Source: the human T2T-CHM13v2.0 reference genome, Homo sapiens
DNA length: 64,000 nt
Direction: 5' to 3' (one strand)
Assembly: GCF_009914755.1 (NCBI RefSeq)
Contig: NC_060926.1
Below, in pieces: positions 46,127-58,966 of this stretch (positions are counted from its first letter, which is position 1; each line of letters opens with the position of its first letter). The position numbers and the translations under genes are program-made. The notes beneath the pieces were generated by a model that worked only from the letters and a program-made list of their open reading frames with translations, made no database searches and was not told the origin of the DNA.

Positions 46127-47026
46127 TGTCAACAAAAAAAAAGTCAAACTCTATAAAGTATTTAAAAAGGTTTATTTTGAGCCAAATACGAGTGGCTAAG
46201 GCCCAAGACAGTCTCAAGAAGTACTGAGAACGTGTGCCCAAGGTGGTTGGATTACAACTTGATTTTACACATTCTAGTGGGACAGAACTTACAGGCAGGC
46301 GTCAATCAATACTATGAGTTATACATTGTTTGAATCCATAAAAGTGGGACAACTAGAAGCAGGGTCTTCTAGGTCGTAGGTGGATTTGAAGATTTTCTGA
46401 TTGGCAATTTGTTGAAAGAGTTAAGTTATTATCTGAAGACCTGGAATCAATAGAAAGGAGTGTCTAGGTTAAGAAGAGATTGTGGAGACCAAGGTTCTAT
46501 TATGTAGATGAAGTCTCATAAGTGGCTACCCTTAGAGGCAATAGGTGGCAAATGTTTCCTATTCAGATCTTTAAAAGGTGCTTAACTCTCAGCTAATCTC
46601 TTCAGGCTCAGAAAAAGAACTAGAAAGGGAAGGGGATTCTCTACAGAATGTACACTTCCCTCACAAGAGACAACTTTGCCGTGGCCATTTCAAAATATGT
46701 CCAAGAAATATATTTCAGGGTAAAATAATTTCTTTCAGGGCCTGCAGTCTGTCATGTGATGCTAGACTAGAGTGAGTTAGAATTCGGTATCTTACAGCTG
46801 TAAAGATACTTTTACATTTTGTCATTCTTAAGATCTCTGTTTCAGTGCTAATGCTGGTCAGTTGTGCCTGAATTCCAAAGGGAAGAGAGTATAGTAAGGC
46901 ATGTCCAACCCCCACTTCCCATCATGGCCTGAACAAGTTTTTCAGGTTTACTTTGGAATCCTCTTGGCCAAGAGGAGGGATCCATTCAGTTAGATGGAGG
47001 GCTTAGAAATTTATTTTTGGTTTACA
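46127..47026 (-). mobile_element. MER4-family ERV1 solo LTR (MER4D-like), inserted in a MIR remnant
   Basis: tgtcaac...ctgagaacgtgtgcccaaggtggttgg...gcttagaaatttatttttggtttaca, about 900 bp. Confidence 0.82.
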
Positions 47027-47916
47027 TGCATATATATTTTTTCATTAAATATCAAAATATAATGCTATTAATGTGTACATTTTATGGGTGAGAAAATTCT
47101 GCCTGAACCACCCACATGGCAAGTTTTGAAAAAAAGATTATTTGAATGAAAAACAGGACAAAACCAAGTGTGTCCTGTTTGTGTAAGCATTTGATGAGGT
47201 CTTCTGTAACTAACAATCAGGATAGTATCTTAATTAGATTAGATGGAACAACTGGTTTGCTATCCCAAAGTCAGATGTTCAGTCAATATTTATGGAACGT
47301 GTCCTAGTCATTCTCACTTCATCTGGGAAATTGAGTGTCCAGGCTACATATTTCATAGTGCTATGTATACAGTTGTCATAGCACTTGACAAATGGCATTA
47401 AGTTATCTTGTATGTGTTTATGTCTCCTTTGACTTCAATGGCTAAGCTACGAAGTTAATTTAGAGGAATGGCCGTGTGTCCTTAGTACTTTGCATGAAGA
47501 CTGCCACATCCTAGGAGCTAAATATATGCTTTTGAATTAATCTAAACTATGCATATGCATTAAAGATAAGCCGTAAATTTGAACCTCTGGAAAAATTTAC
47601 TCCCAAGTCACTAGTTCCAAAGATTTCACTTCTGTTTTCAAAATGTTCAGTGCCATTAGTTAGATTTTAGTGTCAATAGATGCATTAAGTTATAGCTGCT
47701 TAAAATTTACTCTCAGGACACAGAGGAAAGGCTTGTCTTAGCATTAGATACAAGCCCTGCAGACTGAAGGTCGTGATATCTTTGGGCGTTACTGGAGAAG
47801 AAAGCCATGGCCATGAAAAACCATTAGAAATTATCTAGAATTCTGTACCACAATTATGTATCTAATGGATTGAAATTTGAGAAAGTCTTAAGTGCAAATA
47901 TTTATGAGATTCTTCA

Positions 47917-48236
<320 letters not shown>

Positions 48237-48278
48237 TCACAAACTAAATACCACATTTCCTTTAAAGTACCGTATTTA

Positions 48279-48560
<282 letters not shown>

Positions 48561-50159
48561 TAAAACAAGTACCATATTTATGAGAAAGTAAATATGAAAG
48601 AATGACGAGGAAATACAGAGAACTGATACTCACACTGGCCAAAAGAAAGAATAGAAAGCAAAAATATTGAAGTGGGATTGGGAGAGTAGAAATTGGAGAA
48701 GAAGGAAAAATCACACAAGAATGTTGGGAAAATGTTCTGTTATGTTAACTCCTTTAATTATCAACCATTTGGCTGTAGAATAAAAAATAAAACATGAGAT
48801 TTAAAAATGTTTATATTTTTGTTAAAATATGTACTTTAAAAAAATATTAAATATGTGAAATGTATACAAACAGGAACTATAATTCCTCATCAGTAATAAA
48901 AGATTTCTTTTGAATTTATCACTAACCAGAGTGAGAAAGTAAAGAAACTGTCCTTGTAGAGTTAGGATTCAAATCTGACCATGTTTTCTGAGGGTGTAAA
49001 GTGGCTCATCTATTTGAATTAGTTGTTTCAAGTCCCACTTACTTTGTTCAGAAGGCCACTTTTTGTCCTGCCAGTAGACTGTAGCCCAAACCCTAAATTG
49101 TCTGGTCAGAGACTGGGAAGGTAATGTTGTGCGTGTTTTGCTGATTAAATATAAAACATTCAACATCCTTTATGGCCTCTGTTTAAAGTAAGCTTCTCAT
49201 TCCAAAGCGTATTTTTGAACTACCCACTGTTATTGGCATGTTTCCTCTTAGAGTATTCTTTAACAGATATTGGTTTCCTTCTAGACAGTTTCACAAAATA
49301 ACAATAGGTTAGCCTTCCTTAGAAGGCTTAAAAATCCAATAACTCTTTATATGGTTCATATTTTATTTATTTTTCTCATGTTAATAGTATTCTTTTATCT
49401 GTTTAATCTTATGACTCCTCTCATTTTGGAGAGATTTTGAACAAATTGGTTGGGAAACCAAAAAAGAAACAAGAGGATTTTTTAATACTAGTTAGGCTAT
49501 AAAATATTTTCATATGCTTTAAAAATGGGATTGCCCACAGAAGGACTTCATTTTAAAGTGTGAGTTTGGTAGTAGTGAGGGGGATATATGTATCTGAAAG
49601 CATTTTATATTGGAAAACGGGTCTATTTGTGGTTATACTTTGTTTGTATATCAAATACTGCACCTGTCACAAGCTTGGATTTATCGTGAGTATGCATAAT
49701 GCTTGCTTTTGGGAAAGCCTGCAAATCCCCCATTGGCAGCAGAATGACCAGAAGTAGATGCACCTGTCTTCCCAGCTGGGACTTGCTCATGGAAAAGAAG
49801 GTCATTTAACACCATGTTATTCCTGTGGACAGCTGTATATGTAAAATGCCTTAGGACATAGACGACCTAAATTCTGTTAAAAAAAAGGTCTTCAATGGCC
49901 AAATGAAATTTGACTTTGAAAAGTATTTTAATGTTTTGATTCATTAGATTTGGAGCATATATAGGGTTGGTTTAATAGAAAAACATTATTTGTTTTGCTT
50001 TGGTCTAAGCACTCTATCAGCTTTTAATGACTCAGCAAACACCAATATTTTCAGCACACATTGGCTTAGGGTTTAGTATAAAGTAGTTCATTCTGTTTTG
50101 ATGCAACTCTTGGTTAAAATATAGGCCTTCTCCCAATGCTACAGTGATAATTCTTTGTT

Positions 50160-50330
50160 TTTGTCTACTTTAATTGTCTGTTTTCCCCCAACAGACTCTA
50201 ATGTCTGTGAGAATAAGGGCTGTGTCTATTTTGCTAACCATTATTTTTTCTAGCACACTGCCATTGTATTAATTCTGGGTATATGTGTGCTTAGTAAATC
50301 TTTCTCAAGTGGATAAATGAATGAAGGAAT
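50160..50330 (+). mobile_element. L2 3' fragment
   Basis: ctgttttcccccaacagactct...gtgcttagtaaat...ataaatgaatgaa. Confidence 0.5.
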
Positions 50331-50424
50331 AAAGAACTGGTTTTCACTGTACAGTTCATCTTAAAGACTGTCACTCAAAATCATACCAAAACTTGAGAAG
50401 CCTCGGTCCTATTGTTTGTCTGTT

Positions 50425-50740
50425 TGTTTTTTAATGTAAGTACAAGTTGAGTTACAATAAAGTATACAGATTTTAAGGTCACAGTTCCATGAATTTTGTC
50501 AAGTATATACACCCATGTAACCATTATCCAATCAAGATAGAGAATTTTTTCATTATTCCAGAAAGTTCCCTCTTGCTACATTTCTGTCAATTCCTCACAG
50601 CCACTGTTCTGATGATCATTATAGCTTATTTTTGCCTTTTCTAGAACTTCATATAAATGTAACTATATAGTATGCACTTTTTTGTGTCAGGCTTGTTTCA
50701 TGCAACTTTAAGATTTTTCGATTTATCCATAGATGTTTAA
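50425..50740 (-). mobile_element. L1MB/ME 3' end
   Basis: gtatacagattttaagg...acacccatgtaacc...ccagaaagttccctc...tagaacttcatataaatg. Confidence 0.7.
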
Positions 50741-51768
50741 TTGAATTCTTGGGAATCAAGAACTTAGCCATGTTAAAAATAAGATTAATAATGAAGGACT
50801 ATGATATTACAAAAAAAAAAAAATACTTTGTGTCTCCTTGGAGGATTTATTGATGACATTTTCCCCAATCTACAACTATGTGCTTTTAAGAATTCTAAAA
50901 ATATACAGAATGATTGTTAGAAGTAGAGTTCAGAGGTGCCATCAAACTAACGTCATTGTACTATGAACTTCCATAGGCAGATCATTTGATAAGCCAAGCA
51001 GATCAAGAGGGGCACATTTTAGAGCAGGTAACTCAGCCTGGGCTTTCTGACTTCTCCAGTGTTATACATCACTACACCATTGGCGTCCTTTTTCCAGAAC
51101 ACACTTCTGTAGATAATGACCTATGCATAACAGTTTGTAAAGGTTAAGGAAAGGCTCCAAAATCAGGTATTCCACTGAAAGTCTTCTTTAAAATAGATTT
51201 TTCAGTAACAGATAACTGGGGTGTAGAGGTGTTTGGGTTGAATTGCAACAAGGTTTACAAAGAAACAGTCAGTTTGCAGGCAGTGGAAAGAAGCTTGCCA
51301 AGTAAAGCCTGTAGAAAATGGCTTCATTGAATTAGAACAGTCTGTGATCAACTGCCAAAGCCAGCTTATTTTCCTTGCGAGTTCCAGAAAAGAATGCCTG
51401 AGACTTTGTGTTGTTGGAAGGCTATCTTATAGAACATGCTGGCAGAACACACTTTTTCACTGGCTCACGTCAGTATTATTATAGACTTGATGGGGTACTT
51501 TGGGATTTGGTAGGGATTTTTACATTAGAAAAACTTAGGCATAGGAGATTAGGAACCAAATGTGTTAGTTTATCATAGCAGAGTAAAGCAACAAGACAGT
51601 ATTAAGGAAGCCACAGACAAGACTGTTTAGAACTAACAATATTCTACTTCTCTTGTGGAAATACTTGCTATTATAAGTGAGACCGCAGAATAAAATTAAT
51701 GTCTGGGGAAAGTAAGCAAATAATTGTGGAAAATTGTTAAAATGACTTTATAACCAGTAAAGACATCA

Positions 51769-51798
51769 TTTATTCAAAGACAGATGTCTTTGAATAAA
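51769..51798. repeat. Inverted repeat: 14-bp perfect arms, 2-nt loop
   Basis: tttattcaaagaca-ga-tgtctttgaataaa. Confidence 0.92.
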
Positions 51799-52013
51799 CG
51801 GATAAGGAGGAGATTATAATGATATAAAGGGAGAAAATTCCTTTTCAAATTAAGTGTTCCTCAAGTGCTGATTGTTTTGTGCAGAATAATTTGATGTAAG
51901 ATATGTGGAAATTTTATGAACTGGTAAAAAGAGAATCTGAACAACTTGAAACAAAGTGCTAATGTCAGCTGAAGTGCCTCCAAAGTTACTCATATATTTT
52001 TCTTTCCTTTTAG

Positions 52014-52114
52014 ACCCATTAGAAACGCTTCAAGAGCTGCTCAGTCCAGGAGTGGAGGGATTTTGTGAAGACACAGATGCTCCCTAAAAGGAGTGCAGAA
52101 ATTTTCATCATAGG
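52014..52114 (+). other. Candidate 101-nt non-coding (5'UTR or lncRNA) internal exon
   Basis: Branch-like tactcAt (~51992), polypyrimidine tract tttttctttccttttag, purine/ESE-rich body, and donor AGG|gtaata. Stops in all three frames. Lies in unique sequence. Confidence 0.6.
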
Positions 52115-53324
52115 GTAATAGCCGATTCCTATTTTTGATTTGATAGTCTGAATATTTACAAAACTGTGATATAAAAATAGATGATATTATTCAAAATGTT
52201 AAGTATGCTCTGAATTTGCTTATAGCTTTGTAGTATTTCATGCTTTATACCTTTCATGTGAAATATGATCAGAAATAATTCCTCACCAAATATTGTCTTC
52301 ACATTTGGAGTAGGATAATATGTAGAAACAAGAGTAATTGCAAAGCATCAGTCTAACCACTTTGGAATAGAAGCACCATTAGCAGAGATTGCAAGGTGTT
52401 TTGTCAGGCTTCTTGCCATGACACACATGGAAAATGGTAATATTCCTAGGATACACTGTGAGGGGGCTGCTCACAAGCAGAGATGACTGGCACTGCTGAG
52501 CAGCTCCAGGGCTGAAGCCTTGGCATCTTATTAGCACATCTGTAAACACTTGTGTTGGGGAGCTGTGCTGCTGAGCAATACAACCTTTCCTTTTGGAAAG
52601 CCCTACAGTGTCTGCTGCTTTTTATGCATGTCTATGATTGAAATCTGGACTTAGAGGAGTTTTTCTTAGGAAAAAATCAAGACATTGGGTTCTAGATTTT
52701 CAGTGGAAGTTAATTTTACCTAAAGATTGACCAGTATTCCTGATCTTGTGTCAAGAAACTTGAACTTGGAATCTTTTCCTTTTTCTTCTCCGTTAACAAA
52801 ATGATAAAGAAGCTCTTCCTTAGAGGATCCAGGGGCACATCTCAATTCTGGCAGGATCCCTTGTTTTCTTAGGGTTCTGGAGAAATTTACACAAGACAAA
52901 ATTTTGCCCCCAGGGTAATGAGAACTCCCCATAATCTGAGGTAGGTGTGTACTTTTAGGCCTCACTTCAATATTTGGACTAGGCCGGGTAACTCCTGATT
53001 CTGTTGTGTTAGTAGTCATTCAAAAAATGTTTAAGTGCTCAGCAGGTTCTGCACCTGACTCAAAGCCAGACTGAATATTGAAGAATTGTAGGTTTCAGGC
53101 TAATGGGGCCTGAACACTCTGTGGTATTTCTTCTGTACCTTATTCCAATATCATCACAGGTACCACCTCGGGAATAAGAAGTAACAACTGCGAAACCAGG
53201 GGTATCACCATAAAAGGCTGCAGTTACAGTTCTAGAAGTTGTCTCATCTGACCAGAATTGTAGTCTTTGTTTGGTTTGGTTTAATTTTAACAACTTCTGT
53301 GTCTTTGGTTTTACTTTTGCTTTT

Positions 53325-54540
<1,216 letters not shown>

Positions 54541-54714
54541 GTTCTAACATAATAAACTGTAAAAGAGAGTGTGACTGCCCAAAAGACTCTGAATTCTTAG
54601 CTACTATGAATTTTTTCAGTATGCACTTTGTAATAACAGTGATCAAGAATCTGAGGTTTTCCCTGACAGCACCAAGATTAGTGTGAGTTATATCCAAGTG
54701 TGTGTATTTAGAGA

Positions 54715-54739
54715 TGTGTGTGTGTGTGTGTGTGTGTGT
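54715..54739. repeat. (TG)n microsatellite
   Basis: About 12 TG units. Confidence 0.9.
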
Positions 54740-55644
54740 ACCTAGTATTCTCTGTTATAGAAAGAGGTCATAATAGGCAAAGACTCTTTTAATAATACAC
54801 CATTGAAATAAAAATATGCAGAAGATATAAAAGATTCTGGCTTGTTTAAATATGCATATTCTATAGATCTTGATATTAAAATAGGCCATGTTTGATGCTG
54901 TTCAAAGTTAGCTTTCTGGCATGAACTACAGTGTTACATATGAGGCACATCAAATTAGGCAGTATCAATTTTTGTATTCAGTTAAATTTGGCCATGCAGA
55001 TATAGTCAAGAAAAGAGATTCTTCATGAGCCTTTCACATTATAGTCATTTTTCTGTATGTTTGATGCATGCTTTAGATTTGGTTATATTATTTTGTAAAC
55101 CTTTCTGATGATACCAACTTCACTGGTAGAGGGCTACTTTCTCCAGTGTAAGGACCACTCCTCTAATATTTCCATTTTCAAATACATCAGAATGCCTGAC
55201 ACATTTATTTTGTGAATATATACAAAGCCCTACATCAGTTACTATAGAAATATTTTAACAAAGTTCCAAAGATACCAGACAAGCTTTATAATTTAAGAAA
55301 AAAATAGGTAAACCATTTCAAGCCATGCAAGTAATTTTGTGTGATGATCAAAACTAACTTCACAGGGTATGGATCTGGTTAAAAATTAAACAACTAACAT
55401 TCTTATGCAGTTTTTATGTGCAAAGGAGAGTCTCAACAGTGACAGAAATGCAAAGATAAAATAGACATGTTCTCTATTTTCTATAAAAGACGGACTCCAG
55501 TGCAGGAGGGTTGGGTGGGGGAAGAAGTAGGATGATAAGAAGTGTGTTGGCATTGGAAGTACCTTAAATCTATGCTGCAGATTTGCTGATGACATGGTAT
55601 ATGGAATGCTGGATTTTCAAACATTAGTATACAGAAGAGTTTCT

Positions 55645-55790
55645 TTGGATCCTTGTTTAAATTTCATTTTCCTAGACTTCAGAACTAAATATCTGATTAA
55701 TTTTGTAGTCCATGATTCTCCACTTTTATCAAGCTCCTCATGTTGTTGTATTACTGGTGATCTATAGGCTACACTTTAAGAAACTGATAT
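55645..55790. mobile_element. MER5-like remnant
   Basis: ttatcaagctcctca...ggctacactttaagaaactg. Confidence 0.4.
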
Positions 55791-56150
55791 GTACCAGTTA
55801 CAATTTCTATCCCTTCAGTGTGGTTTATGTTAGAAGTACTCCTGAGACAGAGTAATAGGGAGATCTGGGCTAAATATAGGAAACCAAGAGAGTATGCCAA
55901 CAAGATTGAGTAACTTTATGGCCCATTATAGTTGTATATATACTTGATTGCAGATTGTCCTAAGAGTCTGAAAATTAGAAAACAAACTCATTGGAGAGAC
56001 TAGCAAAAAATTGTGTCTAAGATTACAGCATTTTTAAAAAAGAATGAAGTGTATAATTTTAAAATAGAATAAATATTTAATAAATAGATCAAATGCAATA
56101 CAGTTGCATCTATATTCAATGAATTGTTTATATAAAAGATATCAGTTATG

Positions 56151-56180
56151 GGCGACAGAGTGAGACTCCTCTCAAAAAAA
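56151..56180 (+). mobile_element. Ultra-short Alu 3' insertion (23 nt plus A-tail) with 17-bp TSD
   Basis: ggcgacagagtgagactcctctc(A)n between perfect repeats aaaagatatcagttatg at 56134-56150 and 56181-56197. Confidence 0.9.
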
Positions 56181-57093
56181 AAAAGATATCAGTTATGATA
56201 TTTATATTTTAGGGAAAAAAATAAATACCTAAGAAGTCCAAAATAGGAAAATGATGAAGTAAGTTAGTACCCTCATTCCAATGGAATGTTATTTTCACTG
56301 TTTTAAAATATGACAACACGTAAGAAGTATCTAAAATAAAACTATGTCAAAGAAAAATGAGACTCTATAACTGTATGTTTGATATGATTATATCTACATA
56401 AAATAGCATATGTGGTGAAATTTCAGGTAGTTTTAATTCTAAAATTTTCCTAGATATTTTATGGTACTCACAAAATCAAATGTTAGGTTTTAAAATCTAG
56501 ATGAGGCAAATTAATAATCACAAGCTTTAGTCATACGTTTTTAATTTTAAAGTAAATAATTTTAAAGTTGAAAGGTGTTTTGAGATTTCTCTACTTAATG
56601 AGCCCATGGTAAACTCTGTAAAGCAGTGATACCCATATCTGGCAAATTATCAGAATCATTTGGGAGACATTTTGAAAACATAGCTTTCTTACAAAAGCTA
56701 GACAAGTAGTTCAATTTCTTCAGAACTGACTTGGGGCCCTGGTATCTGATTTCTTTAAATGTTGTACCATTGGCTTTACTGATAAGGGAAAGATGACAAC
56801 CACTGCTGTGGGGTAGACAATTTCTGTCTTCAGGAATTTCTGTAATGTATATGTATATGACAAAAACAAAAAGATAAGGTAAAATGTTGTCAAATTCTAA
56901 ACTGTTTAATGTTTGTAACACAGTAAAGTACAGCAGAAATTCAGAGTAGAGAAAGCATAAATGAGGATTATTTGGGAGGGCCTTCTAGAACAATAATCTC
57001 ATAAGCATTGGTGGCAGACGTAGGAATGCAGAAACCAAAAGCTTCATCATCATTTAACAACCTTCATGTTGATGGGAAGTGATGAGAAAGTGA

Positions 57094-57468
<375 letters not shown>

Positions 57469-58472
57469 TTTGCCAGCTTTCTTACCAATCAAAAGTATAA
57501 GCCCTATACCCCTTCCCCAGAGTCCCAGATCTGTTCCTAGGCTTTTCCTTCCAGGTTTTATCCTAGCTTTGAGGCAAGGGATGCCTTCAGGGAAAAGATG
57601 GTGCTTAGAATTTTGGGATGGGAAGGCCTATGTAATCCATAAATCAATGTTTCGTATGGTGAAGGGAATGAAGGTGAGGAAAGGCACCTCAGAATATTTG
57701 TGGAAGACAAAACATTTATTATTAATGTTTATTAAAAGGAATTATGGCTTTTAAAAGGCATAGAATCAATCACAGAGCAAGTTAAACTTGAACCTTTAAA
57801 TATAGGTACAATTTGCTTTTCCAGAACATGAAAGTAGAAGAAAGAAACATTTCAGTCATGGGACCACATGTACCTGAGTAAATCGGCCAAGTGTCTTTCT
57901 TCTGTGGTCTCGATTTCTTTTTTTAGTACAAATGTTGTTTAAGCTTTTATTCTTCCAGTTCATTTGCCTAAACTGACAGTAAATTATTTTTATCACACAT
58001 AGGACCTAGGACTAGGAGGTCAACTATTTCTTAAATGAAAAAGTCAATACCAGCTTGGCTAAAGTTGACTGGGGAGTGGGTGCCCATGAGGCTGGATGTG
58101 ATTGGTAGTCATACTGAGCAGGGCCTTAAGTTCCAGAATAAGGAATTTTGACTTGGCCTTACAGTGAAGGTTTCTGAGAAGGTTAATGAGAAGATAAATT
58201 TGGGCTTTGAAGAGGAAAATCAGCCAACAGTAAAGGAGATGGATTAAAGAGAAGAGTAGAAAGAAATGTAATTAGCATGCTAATTGGCTAATTACCGTGA
58301 GAAGAAACTTAGACTAGGCTGTTGGCAGTGAAAAGAGAAAGAAGGTAGTGGATATTATAAGGAAGTTTTTAAACTCAATTAGGGTAATAGTCATTGATTA
58401 CCTTCAAAGTGCCAGTCACTGTTCTAGGCCTTTGTGACATCAGTGAACAAAATAAAGCATATTCTATCAGGG

Positions 58473-58966
58473 TGTTACGGACTGAAGTTTTGTATCCCCC
58501 TCAAAATTCCTGTGTTGAAATCCTAACTCTCAGTGTGATGGTATTAGGAGGTGAAGCCTTTGGGAGGTAATGAAGTCATGAAGGTAGAACCCTCAGGAAT
58601 GGTATTAGTGCCTTTATATGAAGAGGCCAAAGAGCCAGTTCCCTCTCTTTCTACCACATGAGGATATGATGAAACATTGACACTCTGTAACCCTGAAGAA
58701 GGCTCTCACCAGAACCCAACCATGCTGGCACCCTGATTTCAAACTTCCAGCCTCCAGCACTGTAGAAGTACATTTCTCCTTGCGATAGTTAAATGATGAG
58801 TTAATGGGTGCAGCACACCAACATGGCACATGTATACATATGTAACAAACCTGCACGTTGTGCACATGTACCCTAAAACTTAAACTATAATAAAAAAAAA
58901 GTACATTTCTGTTGCTTATAGGCCATCTTTTAAATGATATTTTGTTATAATAGCTGGAACTAAGAA
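58473..58966 (+). mobile_element. MLT1A0-like MaLR LTR, interrupted by an L1PA fragment
   Basis: tgttacggactgaagttttgtatcccc...caccagaacccaaccatgctggcaccctgat...tttgttataatagctggaactaag. Confidence 0.85.
58778..58900 (+). mobile_element. Short L1PA (L1PA4-like) 3' end with a tiny 5' inverted segment
   Basis: gttaaatgatgagttaatgggtgcagcacacc...ccctaaaacttaaactataataaaaa. TSD aagtacatttct at 58766-58777 and 58899-58910. Confidence 0.9.

Noticed and set aside
52720-53293. Two - strand ORFs (99 and 77 aa) in unique DNA near the exon
   Set aside because: No recognisable domain or splice context, and lengths are within chance expectation.
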